Source: Candidatus Krumholzibacteriales bacterium
GTDB taxonomy: Bacteria > Krumholzibacteriota > Krumholzibacteriia > Krumholzibacteriales > WJIX01
Direction: 5' to 3'
Length of the DNA stretch: 17,385 nucleotides
Assembly (NCBI GenBank): GCA_046483305.1
Contig: JAWODM010000017.1
Location: forward strand, 1 to 17,385
Part shown: piece by piece, positions 16,990 to 17,385 of the stretch
Layout of the letters: the number at the start of each line of letters is the position of its first letter
Position numbering within the stretch: position 1 is the stretch's first letter
Position numbers and translations under genes: made by a program
Notes under the pieces: model-generated
What the model was told of the DNA's origin: nothing
Seen by the model: the letters and a program-made list of their open reading frames with translations, nothing else
The model's database searches: none

Positions 16990-17135
16990 GGCTGATTTAC
17001 TATCTCCGAACCGGCCGCGGGGCCAGAGGGGGGAAATTTCCGGCCCGGAGGGGCAGAAAGAGCGCGTCCGGGGCTCAGAGCAAGCGGTTCGCCCGCCGGT
17101 GAACCCGCCAGAGGTTCCGGAGATATCAATCAGCC
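16990..17135 (+). repeat. Long imperfect inverted repeat enclosing GC-rich hairpins (structured element / candidate ncRNA)
   Basis: GGCTGATT-tac-TATCTCCG-AACC (16990-17012) pairs with GGTT-c-CGGAGATA-tc-AATCAGCC (17113-17135). Confidence 0.55.
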
Positions 17136-17190
17136 CCAAGCTATACTGTTCAGCCGGGTATTTCATGGGGATACTCCAACGCCCTCTTTT

Positions 17191-17385
17191 CAGAAGTTTC
17201 CCCAAAAAATAAGCCAGAATGTCGGTAAGGTAATCTTTAACAACAACTTAGTTTTAATAGCAACTGGAATCGGCCTTAAGCATTGATAGAAGCGGCTGAG
17301 TGATTAATCTTATATTAATCACTCAGCCGCAAACCAAACGAATAATTAAACTACCTGATAGATTATAAAAATTGGGGATACTCCA
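17191..17385 (+). mobile_element. MITE-like or IS-end element related to the IS4-like element at 1635-2595
   Basis: Begins CAGAAGTTTCCCCAAAAAAT (17/20 identical to the IS left end) and shares TGGAATCGGCCTT at the same 74-nt offset. Ends AAAAATTGGGGATACTCCA, an imperfect inverse of its start. No transposase in between. Confidence 0.65.
17292..17330. repeat. Perfect 17-bp palindromic hairpin
   Basis: GCGGCTGAGTGATTAAT-cttat-ATTAATCACTCAGCCGC. Confidence 0.9.

Noticed and set aside
17010..17112. Glycine or c-di-AMP (ydaO) riboswitch resemblance (CGGAGGGGCA...CTCAG; GAACCCGCCAG)
   Set aside because: Core conserved motifs are incomplete and no gene lies downstream on that strand within the window.
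16898..17212. Short ORFs on both strands at the right end
   Set aside because: Pro/Gly/Arg-rich, overlapping inverted repeats and an IS-like end; no convincing SD or domain.
17166..17385. CRISPR array or target-site duplication reading of the TGGGGATACTCCA repeat
   Set aside because: Only two 13-bp copies 207 bp apart and no cas genes. The first copy is not adjacent to the element start, and the sequence resembles the TIR itself.

Overview
Bacterial genomic window, probably from an FCB-group-like organism (inferred only from a FlgD-Ig/T9SS-A-type C-terminal domain). From the left: an AT-richer pair of secreted-protein genes (a DNRLRE-like protein running off the edge and a beta-helix protein with a C-terminal sorting-type domain). 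The second gene has lost its 5' end by fusion to a frameshifted, truncated IS4-like DDE transposase, whose left end (TIR, IHF-like site, SD-occluding hairpin) is intact. Next come a radical SAM/SPASM gene, a beta-PGM-family HAD gene with a trehalose-phosphatase::GH65 fusion (a split OtsB1-like arrangement), an MBL-fold hydrolase, a small ferredoxin, a DHH phosphoesterase, an orphan CsgG-family gene behind a perfect sigma70 promoter and an ATP-grasp_ST gene. A tightly coupled 4-gene minus-strand operon follows: lipoprotein, 2-TM HAMP protein, orphan GspG-like pseudopilin and membrane HD-GYP phosphodiesterase. This is the best candidate for an undescribed signalling system. The last ~400 bp hold two tandem, related non-coding hairpin units that end in the same 13-mer; the second starts with a colinear homologue of the IS left end (MITE-like). 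All calls are from motif recognition by eye; no database searches were run.
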